Positions 11,466 to 24,131 of a stretch of 64,000 nt of DNA are shown piece by piece. Numbering within the stretch: position 1 is the first letter of the stretch; each line of letters opens with the position of its first letter. Position numbers and translations under genes: made by a program. This stretch comes from Flavobacteriaceae bacterium. GTDB taxonomy: Bacteria; Bacteroidota; Bacteroidia; Flavobacteriales; Flavobacteriaceae. The stretch is from the NCBI GenBank assembly GCA_038143735.1, contig JAYQML010000002.1, forward strand, positions 224,992 to 288,991. Direction: 5' to 3'. The notes under the pieces are model-generated. The model ran no database searches and was not told the DNA's origin. It worked only from the letters and a program-made list of their open reading frames with translations.

Positions 11466-12295
11466 CTAATTAAATTCAATGGTTATGGTCGTTCTAAAAT
11501 CTAATCCAAAGAGACTTTTTGCGCTTCCGACTTTGGAAGGATTACTTTTATAGACACACAGTTCCAGGTGCCCTGCAGCATTCCACAGTGCTATTTTTTT
11601 CCTTCCTCTTCTCGCTTTTCTCTTGGTACGTTGAAATTGATTGCCTGGGTATACGAATTATAGATGGTATGGAATTTTACGCTTTGGGCATAAATGGTAA
11701 ATGAACGCGTTTTTTGTAAGGCTAGAAACTCCTTTTTGCGAATATTGGTTACTACATTTCCGAAATTATCGATGTAGATTACACTTCCGATTACCTGGGT
11801 TTTGGATTCGTTTACAACTGGCCGAATGCTGACAACTTCTTTCAGTTTAGTCAGTGGTTTTGAAACAACGTCCATGGTACCATTTCGCGATAAATGGGCA
11901 GCTACTTTTACAAAAACATCAAGTACCGGAAAGGAAGAAACAATGGAACTGTGAATGTTTATTTCACCAATACGCTCGTATTTGGTTTCTTCAAGGATTA
12001 GGGCAAAAATTCCATTGTTGGCACCAATGAAAAAATGCCCATTATAGCGCATTACTACGTGTTCGTTCTCTGGGGTAAGTTCCGAGTCTACGCCAACAAT
12101 GTGAATGCTGCCTTTGGGGAAATTCGCATAGGCATTTTTAAGGACATAAGCTGCTTCCGTATGATTGAACGGGCTTATCTCATGTGAAATGTCAATTACT
12201 GTTGAATTGGGTGCTTCTTGTAAAAGAGCCGCTTTAATTACAGAAACAAAATAATCTTTATGTCCAAAATCGGTCGTTAAGGTAATAATCGACAT
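11466..12295 (-). CDS. SAM hydrolase / chlorinase-fluorinase family (DUF62), frameshifted near 11595
   Basis: IITLTTDFG, IDISHEI, YIDNFGN; C-terminus continues in another frame (ALWNAAGHLEL...TIEFN stop at 11466). Confidence 0.85.
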
Positions 12296-12390
12296 AAAGT
12301 TGTTTTTATTTGAGATTAGATTGAAACGAAAAACGTAAATTTGATTACAAACTTACGAAACTGAGCGTATAATCTTTAATCAAAACGATA

Positions 12391-13343
12391 TTGAACGAAA
12401 TTCAAATTGAACTCAATGAAGTGAATCCCCAAGCATTCTTTGGGAGCAGAACAAAACAATTGAGCAGTTGCGCAGTTATTTCCCTAAGCTTAAGATCATT
12501 GCACGTGGAAATAAAATTAAAGCGTTAGGAGAAGAAGATATCTTGGAAGTGTTTGAAAAGCGTGTGGATATGTTGGTTGCACACTTTGGAAAATTCAATT
12601 CTCTGGATTCAACAAGCATCGAACTGATTTTGTGTTCGGATGGCTCACAAGATTATGAACCTACGAACGATAAAGAATCGTTTATTCTTCATGGAATTGG
12701 AGGAAGAGTTATCAAGGCAAAAACCTTTAATCAACAACGCTTGGTCGAGTTGAGTAAAAAAAATGATATGGTATTTGCCATTGGACCAGCAGGAACGGGT
12801 AAAACCTATACTAGTGTTGCTTTGGCAGTAAAAGCCCTTAAAGAAAAACAAGTTAAACGAATTATCTTAACACGACCCGCAGTAGAAGCAGGAGAAAATT
12901 TAGGTTTCTTGCCAGGGGATATGAAGGACAAACTCGACCCTTACATGCAGCCCTTGTACGACGCACTTAGAGATATGATACCGTCGGAGCGTTTGGCTTC
13001 TCACATTGAGAAAGGCACCATCCAAATTGCGCCTCTAGCATTCATGCGGGGAAGAACATTAGATAATGCATTTGTCATTTTAGACGAGGCGCAAAATACC
13101 ACACACGCGCAAATGAAAATGTTTTTAACCCGTATGGGTCCACATGCTAAATTCATAATCACTGGAGATCCTGGTCAAATTGACTTACCCAGAAGAGTCA
13201 CCTCTGGCTTAAAAGAAGCCCTACTCATTTTAAAGGAAACCAAAGGGATTGGCATGCTATTTTTAGATGACAAAGACGTTATTCGTCACCGATTAGTGAA
13301 AAAAGTAATCAGTGCATATAAAACGATAGAACACAATAATTAA
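12391..13343 (+). CDS. phoH: PhoH-family ATPase, frameshifted near 5' end
   Basis: [35 protein letters not shown]; likely TTG start at 12391. Confidence 0.9.
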
Positions 13344-14283
13344 TGAATACGCTATTATCAACTAGCTTCAGTATCCCAGGGCAGCTAAGCAAATATACCG
13401 GTAAAGTTCGAGAAGTCTTTAGGCTTGAAAACAATCGATTGGTCATGATCGCAACTGACCGACTATCAGCCTTTGACGTAGTGATGCCCAAAGGAATTCC
13501 TACAAAGGGCAAATATTAAATCAAATTGCCACGCAAATGCTGGAAGCAACCAGTGATATAGTGCCCAATTGGCTCGAAGCCACCCCCGATCCATCAGTTT
13601 CAATTGGGCAACGTTGCGAACCATTTAAAATTGAAATGGTTATTCGCGGTTATTTGTCGGGGCATGCTGCCCGCGAGTACAAAGCAGGCAAACGCACACT
13701 TTGCGGTGTTCCCATGCCAGAAGGAATGATCGAGAATGATGCTTTTCCAACCCCCATAATTACTCCGGCGACCAAAGCAGAGGAGGGACACGATGAAGAT
13801 ATTTCTAGGGAAGAAATCATCCGACAAGGGATTGTTTCTGAAGAAAATTATATTCAATTAGAAGCCTATACACGTGCATTATTTCAGCGAGGCGCTGAAC
13901 TTGCCGCAGAAAAAGGCTTAATATTGGTTGACACCAAATATGAATTTGGAAAAACCGAGGATGGAACCATTCTTTTGATCGATGAAATTCATACACCAGA
14001 TTCCTCTCGTTATTTTTATGCGGACGGATATGAAGCGCGTCAAGCTGCCCAAGAACCACAAAAACAACTCTCAAAAGAGTTTGTACGTCAATGGTTAATT
14101 GAAAATGGTTTTCAAGGATTGGAAGGTCAGCAAATTCCCGAAATGTCTGATGCATATATTGAAGAAGTTTCCAATCGGTACATAGAACTTTATGAGAACA
14201 TTACCGGGAAAACATTTGTCAAAGCTGATGTGTCACAAATTGAATCTCGAATTGAAAGCAATATTCTAGCCTACTTAGGCTAA
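13343..14283 (+). CDS. purC: SAICAR synthase, frameshifted near 13500
   Basis: YTGKVRE and ATDRLSAFD upstream of ORF 13537; [19 protein letters not shown]. Confidence 0.9.
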
Positions 14284-14404
14284 CCTCAGTTACATATTCC
14301 TTTTAATTTATCCAAGAATAGTTTTCAACGAACATTGTTAATTTTTTTAGGATTTAAGGGGAGTGGTTAAAACAATGAACCTTTATCTTAGCCATTAGTT
14401 AACT

Positions 14405-16264
14405 ATGTCTAGTAAAATCCAATATACTGAAGATAACATACGATCCCTTGATTGGAAGGAACACATTCGTATGCGCCCGGGTATGTATATCGGGAAATTG
14501 GGAGATGGATCTTCTCCTGATGATGGAATTTACATCCTCATTAAAGAAGTACTCGACAACTGTATCGATGAATTCGTTATGGGAGCGGGTAAAACAATAG
14601 AGATTAAAATAGTTGATTCACAGGTTGTTATCCGTGATTATGGACGTGGTATTCCACTTGGGAAGGTGGTTGATGTAGTGTCCAAAATGAATACAGGAGG
14701 TAAATACGATTCTCGTGCATTCAAAAAATCTGTTGGATTAAATGGTGTTGGTACCAAAGCCGTAAATGCCCTTTCTTCCTCCTTTGTAGTAGAATCTATC
14801 CGTGATGAGCAAACCAAGATGGCCTCTTTTTCTTCCGGAGCATTGATCGAAGAAAGTGAAGTAAATCCCTCTAAAGCGAGACGAGGAACCAAGGTAAGCT
14901 TTACCCCAGACCAGACCATCTTTAAAAACTATAAATTTAGAGCTGAGTACATCGTAAAGATGATTAAGAACTATGTATATCTTAATCCAGGATTAACCAT
15001 AGATTTTAATGGCGAAAAATATTTTTCCGAGAATGGTTTAAAAGACTTACTCGAAGATATTGTGAATGAAAACGATCTGCTCTACCCAATCGTTCATTTG
15101 CGTGGTGAAGACATAGAAGTTGCGCTAACACATAGTAAAACACAGTATAGCGAAGAGTATCACTCCTTTGTGAATGGTCAAAACACCACCCAAGGGGGAA
15201 CTCATCAAGCCGCATTTAGAGAAGCTTTGGTAAAAACCATCCGGGAGTTCTTTGGTAAAAACTACGATGCATCTGATATTCGGAAATCAGTAATTGCCGC
15301 CATCAGTATTAAGGTAATGGAACCTGTTTTTGAATCACAAACCAAAACAAAACTTGGCTCTACCGAAATGGGGGATGGAATGCCTACTGTTCGCTCCTAT
15401 ATAAACGATTTCCTTGGGACACAATTGGATAATTTTCTACATAAAAATCCAGCTGTCGCAGAGCATATTCAGCGAAAAATTATGCAAGCCGAAAAGGAGC
15501 GTAAAGAACTGTCTGGAATAAGGAAATTAGCCCGCGATCGTGCAAAGAAAGCAAGCCTACACAACAAGAAGTTGCGCGACTGTAGAGTTCATTTAGGAGA
15601 TTTAAAAATAGATAGAAGTTTAGAGTCTACAATGTTTATTACAGAGGGAGATTCTGCAAGTGGTTCGATAACAAAATCTCGCGATGTGAATACGCAAGCG
15701 GTTTTTAGTCTTAGGGGAAAGCCATTAAACACCTATGGAATGACCAAAAAGATCGTGTATGAAAATGAGGAATTTAATCTTCTGCAAGCTGCATTGAACA
15801 TTGAAGATGGTTTAGAAGATTTACGCTACAACAACATTGTCATTGCAACGGATGCTGATGTTGATGGAATGCATATTCGTTTATTACTCATCACATTTTT
15901 CCTGCAATTTTTTCCTGAATTAATTAAAGAAGGGCACTTATACATACTGCAAACACCACTATTTAGAGTACGCAATAAAAAAGAAACCATCTATTGCTAT
16001 TCAGAGAACGAACGTATCGCTGCGATAGATAAACTCAGCGGAAAACCTGAAATAACACGATTTAAGGGGCTTGGAGAAATTTCACCTGATGAATTTAAAT
16101 ATTTTATCGGTGAAGACATTCGTTTGGACCCAGTTATGCTCGATAAAGGCACAACAATCGAACAGTTGTTGGAATTTTATATGGGAAAAAATACGCCCAT
16201 ACGCCAAGAGTTTATCATTAACAATTTAAAAGTAGAATTAGATTTAGCTGAACTGGAAGCATAA
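14405..16264 (+). CDS. parE: DNA topoisomerase IV subunit B
   Basis: [39 protein letters not shown]; short Bacteroidota type paired with an A subunit. Confidence 0.9.
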   Translation: MSSKIQYTEDNIRSLDWKEHIRMRPGMYIGKLGDGSSPDDGIYILIKEVLDNCIDEFVMGAGKTIEIKIVDSQVVIRDYGRGIPLGKVVDVVSKMNTGGKYDSRAFKKSVGLNGVGTKAVNALSSSFVVESIRDEQTKMASFSSGALIEESEVNPSKARRGTKVSFTPDQTIFKNYKFRAEYIVKMIKNYVYLNPGLTIDFNGEKYFSENGLKDLLEDIVNENDLLYPIVHLRGEDIEVALTHSKTQYSEEYHSFVNGQNTTQGGTHQAAFREALVKTIREFFGKNYDASDIRKSVIAAISIKVMEPVFESQTKTKLGSTEMGDGMPTVRSYINDFLGTQLDNFLHKNPAVAEHIQRKIMQAEKERKELSGIRKLARDRAKKASLHNKKLRDCRVHLGDLKIDRSLESTMFITEGDSASGSITKSRDVNTQAVFSLRGKPLNTYGMTKKIVYENEEFNLLQAALNIEDGLEDLRYNNIVIATDADVDGMHIRLLLITFFLQFFPELIKEGHLYILQTPLFRVRNKKETIYCYSENERIAAIDKLSGKPEITRFKGLGEISPDEFKYFIGEDIRLDPVMLDKGTTIEQLLEFYMGKNTPIRQEFIINNLKVELDLAELEA

Positions 16265-16265
16265 T

Positions 16266-18850
16266 ATGGAAGAAAACGAATTCTACGAAGAAGCCGCATC
16301 CTCAGGCCAAGATTCTTTAGTCAAAGTGACGGGAATGTACAAAGACTGGTTTTTGGATTATGCTTCGTATGTAATTCTCGAGCGTGCGGTTCCTGCAATT
16401 GCTGATGGGCTTAAACCCGTACAACGCCGTATCCTTCATTCGATGAAAGACTTAGATGATGGACGGTACAACAAAGTGGCCAATATCGTAGGGCATACCA
16501 TGCAGTATCATCCTCACGGAGATGCGAGTATAGCCGATGCCATGGTTCAAATTGGGCAAAAAGACCTGCTAATTGACATGCAGGGTAACTGGGGAAATAT
16601 CCTCACAGGTGACCGAGCTGCTGCCTCTAGATACATTGAAGCACGCCTGTCAAAATTTGCCCTTGAGGTTGTTTTTAGCCCCAAAGTTACCGATTGGTAG
16701 TTGTCGTATGATGGGAGAAAAAATGAACCTGTTCATTTACCTGTAAAGTTTCCTTTGTTACTGGCTCAGGGTGCAGAGGGAATTGCTGTTGGACTCTCCA
16801 CAAAAATACTCCCTCACAATTTTAATGAACTACTACAAGCTAGTGTTGCTTATTTAAAGGGAAAAAAATTTACGTTATATCCTGATTTCCAAACCGGTGG
16901 AGTGATTGATGTTCAGAACTATAATGATGGTGTTCGGGGTGGAAAAGTTCGGGTACGTGCAAAAATCAATGTGCGTGATAAGAACACCCTTGTGATCAGC
17001 GAAATTCCTTTTAGTACAACAACTTCCTCTCTAATAGACTCTATCCTGAAAGCCAATGACAAAGGGAAGATCAAAATCAAGAAAATTGAAGACAATACGG
17101 CAGCTGAAGTAGAAATATTGGTTCACCTACCTGCAGGAATTTCTCCAGATAAAACCATAGATGCGCTGTTTGCTTTCACTAGTTGTGAATCATCTATCTC
17201 TCCCTTAGGTTGTGTCATCATTGATCAAAAGCCACAATTTATTGGTGTTTCTGAGATGCTAAAGATATCAACAGACACCACGGTAAGCATACTCAAGAAA
17301 GAGCTTGAACATAAATTACAAGAGCTTGAAAATCAATGGCACTATGCTTCTTTGGAGCGCATATTTATTGAGAACAAAGTGTATCGTCTCATCGAAGAAG
17401 AAGAAACTTGGGAAGGGGTTCTTAAGGCAATAGACGTGGGCATTAAACCTCATACAGCGCATTTAAAGCGCCCTGTTGTAGAAGAAGATTTGGTACGTTT
17501 GACGGAAATTAAAATCAAGCGAATCTCAAAATTTGATATAGAGAAGGCTCAGCTTCGCATCGATGCGTTGGAAGGAGACATTGCCGGAGTAAAGCATCAT
17601 CTTGAAAATCTCATTGATTTTGCGATTGATTATTTCAATGGACTTAAGAAAGAATACGGTAAAGGAAAAGAGCGTAAATCTGAGATTAGAATTTTTGACG
17701 ATGTAGATGCCAAGAAAGTAGTGGTGCGTAACCTCAAGTTATATGTCAACCGAGCAGAAGGTTTTGTCGGAACTACTTTGAAAAAAGATGAGTACGTTTG
17801 CGATTGTGCTGACATAGACGATTTAATTGTATTTACACGCTCTGGGAAAATGCAAGTGGTAAAGTTGACAGCAAGGTCTTTGTAGAAAAAGACATTATCC
17901 ACGTAGCCGTATTCAAGAAAAAAGATGCACGAACGGTATACAATGTGATCTACAAAGATGGAAAGCTAGGTACTTCTTTCATTAAGCGATTTGCCGTTAC
18001 AGGAGTAACACGCGATAAATTTTATGATATAACCCAGGGTAAAACGGGCTCTCAGATCATGTATTTTAGTGCTAATCCAAATGGTGAAGCAGAAATAGTT
18101 TCGATTGTCTTACGCAATACTGGACAAGCCAAGAAACTTAAATGGGAGTTAGATTTTGCAGACCTTCAAATCAAGGGAAGAGGAGTAAAAGGAAACATTG
18201 TCACCAAACACAATGTTTTAAAGGTTGAATTGAGAGAGAAAGGTGTTTCTACCTTAAAACCACGCAATATATGGTTTGATGAAGCCGTTTTAAAGCTCAA
18301 TTTAGATAGTAGAGGAAAGTTACTCGGTGCATTTAGAGGAGAAGATAAGTTATTGATTATATCTAGTCAAGGTGTTTCTAAAACAGTCACCCCCGAAATG
18401 AGCCTTCATTTTGATCAGGTACCCAGTATTCTAGAGCGGTGGGTAGAGACAAAGCCCATAACCGCCGTTTATTTTGATCCTGAAAAGGAACGATATTTCA
18501 TCAAGCGTTTTCTCATTGAAAACGAAAACAAGGAAGATAGCTTTATCAAAGAGGGCGGTGATTTGATTTATGTTACAACCGAGTGGCGTCCTGTTATTTC
18601 GATTCATTTTGTAAAGCCTCGAGGGGGGGATGAATTGCCGGCCAAAGAAATTAATGTAGAGGAATTCATTTCAATTAAAGGTTTCAAGGCGTTAGGTAAT
18701 CAACTTACTACGACAAAAATCAAAGCGATTCAGCTAAAAGAAAGCCTTCCCTATGAAATAGAAACACCAACGACGATTGAAGAGGTTGACGTAAATGACC
18801 CTGAAGCTATTTCTGGTGGAGAACAGCCCCAAACAAAATTAGATTTTTAA
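16266..18850 (+). CDS. parC: DNA topoisomerase IV subunit A, with in-frame TAG at 16698 and frameshift near 17870
   Basis: DGLKPVQRR, YHPHGD, AASRYIEARL; three consecutive ORF pieces. Confidence 0.88.
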
Positions 18851-19242
18851 GGAACAATTAATTGATCGCTTAGCTTCACAATTTTACCACGCCGCTTGTT
18901 TTTTTGATCGCCCACAAGAGTGTATTCAAACACATATTCATTTTCGTTTGTCGTAAGAATCTTGATGCTAATGGGACGCTTATCCTGATTGGAGGTAGGA
19001 TTTAGTTTCGTTAATAAGCATTCACATGGGTTAATCCATCGAATAGAAGCCGAATCAACAGTAGAATTGAAATACTCAACTTCCAAGTTTTCAGAACGTA
19101 GGAAGGTAGAAGTTTGCAATTGTTCTCCGATAATTTGCTGAAATTGAAAAGTACCTTGATGAAAGTCTTCACAGTTGCGTTCTACCGTGTAACAGCCATA
19201 GAAGAGTAGGGTAAAGAGTATATATCCAAAAAGTTGACGCAT
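18847..19242 (-). CDS. Conserved putative lipoprotein
   Basis: MRQLFGYILFTLLFYGC lipoprotein-type signal; start placed at 19242 rather than 19395. Confidence 0.65.
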   Translation of the reverse strand: MRQLFGYILFTLLFYGCYTVERNCEDFHQGTFQFQQIIGEQLQTSTFLRSENLEVEYFNSTVDSASIRWINPCECLLTKLNPTSNQDKRPISIKILTTNENEYVFEYTLVGDQKNKRRGKIVKLSDQLIVP

Positions 19243-19261
19243 CGTATTTTTTGTAAAAATA

Positions 19262-19648
19262 CTACCTTTTATGAAAGGCTTCAAAACTTCCATCACTATA
19301 ATAATGAACAATGGTAACGGGCTCACCAATTTTTGATGGAGAATTGATTGTTTCGATGGTTTCTTTTTTACTTTTTTCTGGATGATTCGCTTCAATTGGA
19401 GTAGGAGTGAACGAAGAAGTATTGGTGGAAGTAGTTTTCTCGCCTTTCAACAACCAAGAAAAACTAACCTCATCAAATGTTGATTCCACTTTAGCAAGAA
19501 AATCTAGGCTTGGCTTGTTTCTACCAGAGAGTATGTGGGAGATACTTGAGCGCTGTACACCAATTCGGTCCGCAAATGCGGAGGCACTCAGTTCATTTTC
19601 GCTCATGATACTTTGTATACGAAGGACAATTTCAGCGTTGTTTAACAT
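19262..19648 (-). CDS. XRE-family HTH transcriptional regulator
   Basis: LSASAFADRIGVQRSSISHILSGRNKPSL HTH; C-terminal IVHYYSDGSF. Confidence 0.85.
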   Translation of the reverse strand: MLNNAEIVLRIQSIMSENELSASAFADRIGVQRSSISHILSGRNKPSLDFLAKVESTFDEVSFSWLLKGEKTTSTNTSSFTPTPIEANHPEKSKKETIETINSPSKIGEPVTIVHYYSDGSFEAFHKR

Positions 19649-19808
19649 TGTAATAATTTTGAATTACTCATGCAATATAAGGAATATATTTAGATGATAT
19701 AGAGCTATTCTTAATACAAAAAGTATAAAATTTTACTTTAAAAAATAGATATAAAATACTCATTATTAATATTTAACTAATTTAAAACACTAATTCATCC
19801 ATATTTGG

Positions 19809-19900
19809 TTACAAAACTAACCAAATGAAACACAAAGTTCAATACATTTGTAACAACAGCTTGTTTACAAATGAAAACAAACGATGGTTTACTTTTGTAA
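19809..19900. promoter_or_regulatory. Cluster of TTACAnnTGTAA-like palindromes (candidate operators)
   Basis: Near-matches at 19809, 19842, 19865 and 19889; perfect copy at 20765. Confidence 0.45.
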
Positions 19901-20988
19901 TATGATTAATCAAGATAATAGTCGATATTTCCCTCCGGAGACCTTCGTAGCTGCGTTTGATGCGCTAGGGGTAGATTTAGAATTGGAAGAGCTGGGAAAA
20001 TCTGAAGAGGATCGCCCTATTTATGGGCTCACCATAGGATCAGGAGCGGAGAAGGTACTTTTGTGGTCTCAAATGCATGGAAACGAAACCACAACTACAA
20101 AGGCGCTTTTAGATCTATTGCACTATTTAGAAGCTACAGATCAAGGTAAATCGATCAAAGAAAACCTCACCCTTCGCATTATCTTTCAGTTAAATCCAGA
20201 TGGTGCTTTTCGCTACACACGTTTGAATGCAAACGAAGTTGACCTAAATAGGGATGCTGTTGCCCAAACCCAGAAAGAAACAAAAGTTCTGATGCAAACT
20301 TTTGACGCTTTTGCGCCCCACTATTGTATGAATCTGCATGGTCAACGGACTATTTTCGCAGCAGGGAACACTACCAAACCAGCTACACTGTCTTTTTTGG
20401 CTCCCTCGGCCAACCCAGAACGATCGATCACACCCACACGGAGAGTGGCGATGCAATTAATCGCCTGCTCTTGTAGCGCCCTTATCTACTTCTGATGAAT
20501 GGGGAGTGGGGCGTTATGATGATGGATTTAACATCAATTGTGTGGGGGATTATTTTACCACAAAGGGAATACCAACATTACTCTTTGAGGCTGGACATTA
20601 TCCTGAAGATTATAATCGCAACAAAAGCAGGGAGTTAATCCATCAATCGCTTATAAATGTATTGCAATCCATTCAAAAACAGTCCTTTAAAATGCTGTCA
20701 GAAAAAGAATATTTTAAGATTCCAGAAAATTCCAACCACCTCAGGGATATCGAATTTAAAGATGTTACAATTGTAAACAACGGAAAACTCACAAAATCAT
20801 CATTATTTGTGCAATACACAGAGCATCTAGACAATGGGCAGGTTCACTTTTTGCCAGAGTACGTTGGAAATCAGTTAGATTGGAAGGGTTTAAAGCAAAT
20901 AGAAGTAGTGGATAAATCTATCCTTAATCCAATAAATATTAGCGATTCCTCAGAAAAAATAATGGAATCCCTTAAAACGCTGATGTAA
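19884..20988 (+). CDS. M14-family zinc carboxypeptidase, frameshifted near 20470
   Basis: SQMHGNE, LNPDG, DLNRD, NLHGQ, LFEAG. Confidence 0.8.
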
Positions 20989-21047
20989 TTCTAATATAAT
21001 AGCGTATTTTTGTGTTATACTTAAGAAATGCTATAATTTATTGAATT

Positions 21048-21527
21048 ATGAGTAAAATGAAATTAGATGACATTGATCATCAAATCCTGGATATTTTAAT
21101 CGACAATACTCGCGTTCCTTTTACTGATATCTCCAAACGCCTTCTTATTTCTGCAGGGACTGTTCATGTTCGCGTAAAGAAAATGGAAGAGGCAGGAATC
21201 ATTAAAGGTTCTTCACTCAATTTGGATTACGAAAAATTAGGCTATTCTTTTATTGCATATATTGGGATTTATCTTGAGAAAAACAATGCTACACAAAAGG
21301 TATTGAAAGATCTCGAAGCAATTCCATACATAACAGTAGCTCACATTACTACGGGTAAATTTAACATTTACTGCAAGCTACGCGCCAGAGATACAAAACA
21401 CGCTAAAGAATTGATTTTTATGATCGATGATATTGAAGGAATTTCCCGAACAGAAACCATGATTTCTCTGGAAGAAAGCATCAATGATAAGAAACGCTTA
21501 ATGCACAGCATATTTAACGAATTATAA
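21048..21527 (+). CDS. Lrp/AsnC-family regulator
   Basis: LDDIDHQIL...ISAGTVHVRVKKMEEAGII. Confidence 0.9.
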   Translation: MSKMKLDDIDHQILDILIDNTRVPFTDISKRLLISAGTVHVRVKKMEEAGIIKGSSLNLDYEKLGYSFIAYIGIYLEKNNATQKVLKDLEAIPYITVAHITTGKFNIYCKLRARDTKHAKELIFMIDDIEGISRTETMISLEESINDKKRLMHSIFNEL

Positions 21528-21542
21528 AAAAACACCACCTTT

Positions 21543-24131
21543 ATGGCCCGCAAAACCAAGTTAGAACGCTTTAACGATAACGTTTTATCAAAGTTTGAAA
21601 TCTACAATAGTCTTTTTTTAACCCTACCTTTTGATAGCATAGCGCAATCTTCACTCTACCTTCCATTGTTTTCTGATCACTGCAAGAAGGGCTTTGAGCA
21701 AAAAAAATCACCTCTTGACATTATTGAGGGATTTATTGCTGCATATGGAAATGAACTCAGCGAAAAAGAAGTACTAAATTTACTCTTTGGATTTATTCAA
21801 TACATTGAACGTCAAGTAGTACTTTTTGATGCAATTGAGGATGCCGCATTTGCTGAGGTCAACAACATGCATGGCAGGGGAACCATACGTTACATCAAGG
21901 AAGAAACCTTTGGAAGAGGAAAAACAGATGAACTAAAAGATTATTTGAATCGTTTTAATGTGCGTATTGTGCTTACAGCACATCCAACACAATTCTATCC
22001 TGGTTCTGTCCTTGGTATCATCAATGATTTATCAGTAGCTATCAAACAAGATAACCTTGAGCAAATCAAAAAACTACTAACACAGTTAGGAAAAACCCGA
22101 TTTTTCAATAAGAAAAAACCGTCTCCTTTTGACGAAGCTGTGAGCCTGCTTTGGTTTTTGGAAAATGTCTTTTATCATTCTGCAAGTCATATTTATGGAT
22201 ATATACAAGAGCATATTCTTGAGGGAGAGGAAATCGACAATACACTCTTTAATTTTGGCTTTTGGCCAGGAGGAGACCGCGATGGAAACCCTTTTGTAAC
22301 CCCAGCGATATCATTGCAAACGGCGAATCGTTTGCGCTATTCGATCCAACGGAACTATTACCGCGATTTACGTCGCCTAAAGCGAAAGATTACCTTTGAT
22401 GAAGTGGACGAAAGAATTTCATTCCTAGAAGAGGGAATGTATGCTACCCTTTTGTATCCTGAACAAGGGGAAAAAATTAGCCTTTCGTTCTTGACCAGTG
22501 AGTTGAAAGCCATAAAGGCGATTCTCATTGAGAAGCACAACAGCATTTATGTTAGTGAAATTAACGACCTATACAATAAAGTGAAACTTTTCGGTTATCA
22601 TTTTGCTACCTTAGACATTCGCCAAGATTCGCGTGTACACCAGAGTGTTTTTGATACCATTATCTCACATCCTCAAATTCAGCAATTCACAGAAAATCTC
22701 CCACAAGATTATGCTCAATTGTCGATAGAGGAACGAATTGAAATTCTACCCAAACTCCGCGGAAATGTTCCCGCCGATATTTTTGATCATGAGTTAACAA
22801 CACATACATTGGGGTCTATTTATGCAATGAAGGAAATTCAGCGTTTAAACGGGGAGCGAAGCTGTAACCGCTATATCATATCCAATTGTGGTAGCTTGGA
22901 AAATATTCTTCAGATATTTGCCATGTATCATCTTTGCGATTGGAAGGAGCCAGCTGTGGATATTATCCCATTGTTTGAAACCGTAGATGATTTATTGGCC
23001 GCTGAGGATATTATGAAGAAATTATATGCCAACAAAGCGTACAAATCTCACCTAGAGAAGCGGAAAAATAAGCAAACCATAATGCTTGGTTTCTCTGACG
23101 GGACAAAAGACGGAGGTTATATTATGGCCAATTGGAGTATCTACAAGGCAAAAGAGATGCTTTCTGAGGTGTCGAAGTCCTTTGGTATAGAAGTAGCCTT
23201 TTTCGATGGAAGAGGAGGGCCACCAGCACGTGGAGGAGGAAACACCCATCAATTTTACGCCTCGCTAGGAGAAAAAATTAGTGCCAATGATATTCAAATT
23301 ACCATTCAAGGGCAAACCATTAGCTCCAACTTTGGTACCAAAGAATCGAGTCAGTTTAATTTAGAACAACTCTTGAGTTCTGGGATACAAAACCAAGTTT
23401 TAGAAGGCAGTCGCATTTCATTGAATAGCGATGATCGTGCGACATTAGAAAAACTCGCTAATTCGAGTTATGAAAAATACAAGGCATTTAAAAGTCATCC
23501 AAAATTTGTTCCATACATTGAACACATGAGTACACTTAAGTATTACGCCAAGACAAACATTGGTAGCCGCCCCTCTAAGCGGGGGAATGCGAAGGGACTC
23601 AACTTCTCAGACCTTAGAGCTATTCCTTTTGTAGGCTCCTGGAGTCAGTCAAAACAAAATGTTCCAGGCTTTTTTGGGGTAGGAACTTCGTTGAAAGAGT
23701 ATGAAGATGCAGGAGAATTTGATAAGATTATTTCCCTATACAACAATTCTCCCTTCTTTAAGACACTCGTTGCTAACAGTATGATGAGTTTGTCTAAATC
23801 TTTCTTTGGATTAACGGCTTACATGGAAAATGACCCTGAGTATGGCGCTTTTTGGTCGATCATTCACGATGAATATTTGTTGAGTAAGCGCTTATTATTG
23901 AAGTTAACTGGATTTGATGTTTTAATGCAAGATCAACCTGCAGGGAAAAAGTCAATCGATCTACGGGAAGAGATTGTTTTACCCTTGCTTACGATACAGC
24001 AATATGGTTTAATGAAAATTCAAACATTATTGAAAGCGGGGGATTTGGATGAAGAAAACAGATTGGTTTACGAAAAGCTTGTTACCCGTTCTTTATTTGG
24101 AAACATTAACGCCAGTAGGAACTCGGCCTAG
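21543..24131 (+). CDS. ppc: Phosphoenolpyruvate carboxylase
   Basis: VLTAHPT, GGDRDGNP, MLGFSDGTKDGG, GRGG..ARGGG, LRAIPFV, C-terminal RNSA. Confidence 0.95.
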   Translation: MARKTKLERFNDNVLSKFEIYNSLFLTLPFDSIAQSSLYLPLFSDHCKKGFEQKKSPLDIIEGFIAAYGNELSEKEVLNLLFGFIQYIERQVVLFDAIEDAAFAEVNNMHGRGTIRYIKEETFGRGKTDELKDYLNRFNVRIVLTAHPTQFYPGSVLGIINDLSVAIKQDNLEQIKKLLTQLGKTRFFNKKKPSPFDEAVSLLWFLENVFYHSASHIYGYIQEHILEGEEIDNTLFNFGFWPGGDRDGNPFVTPAISLQTANRLRYSIQRNYYRDLRRLKRKITFDEVDERISFLEEGMYATLLYPEQGEKISLSFLTSELKAIKAILIEKHNSIYVSEINDLYNKVKLFGYHFATLDIRQDSRVHQSVFDTIISHPQIQQFTENLPQDYAQLSIEERIEILPKLRGNVPADIFDHELTTHTLGSIYAMKEIQRLNGERSCNRYIISNCGSLENILQIFAMYHLCDWKEPAVDIIPLFETVDDLLAAEDIMKKLYANKAYKSHLEKRKNKQTIMLGFSDGTKDGGYIMANWSIYKAKEMLSEVSKSFGIEVAFFDGRGGPPARGGGNTHQFYASLGEKISANDIQITIQGQTISSNFGTKESSQFNLEQLLSSGIQNQVLEGSRISLNSDDRATLEKLANSSYEKYKAFKSHPKFVPYIEHMSTLKYYAKTNIGSRPSKRGNAKGLNFSDLRAIPFVGSWSQSKQNVPGFFGVGTSLKEYEDAGEFDKIISLYNNSPFFKTLVANSMMSLSKSFFGLTAYMENDPEYGAFWSIIHDEYLLSKRLLLKLTGFDVLMQDQPAGKKSIDLREEIVLPLLTIQQYGLMKIQTLLKAGDLDEENRLVYEKLVTRSLFGNINASRNSA

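Noticed and set aside
16698-16700. In-frame TAG in parC suggesting stop-codon recoding (TAG read as Gln)
   Set aside because: It is a single case, and other genes here (ppc, the HD-domain gene) end normally in TAG. A CAG-to-TAG base error is more likely.
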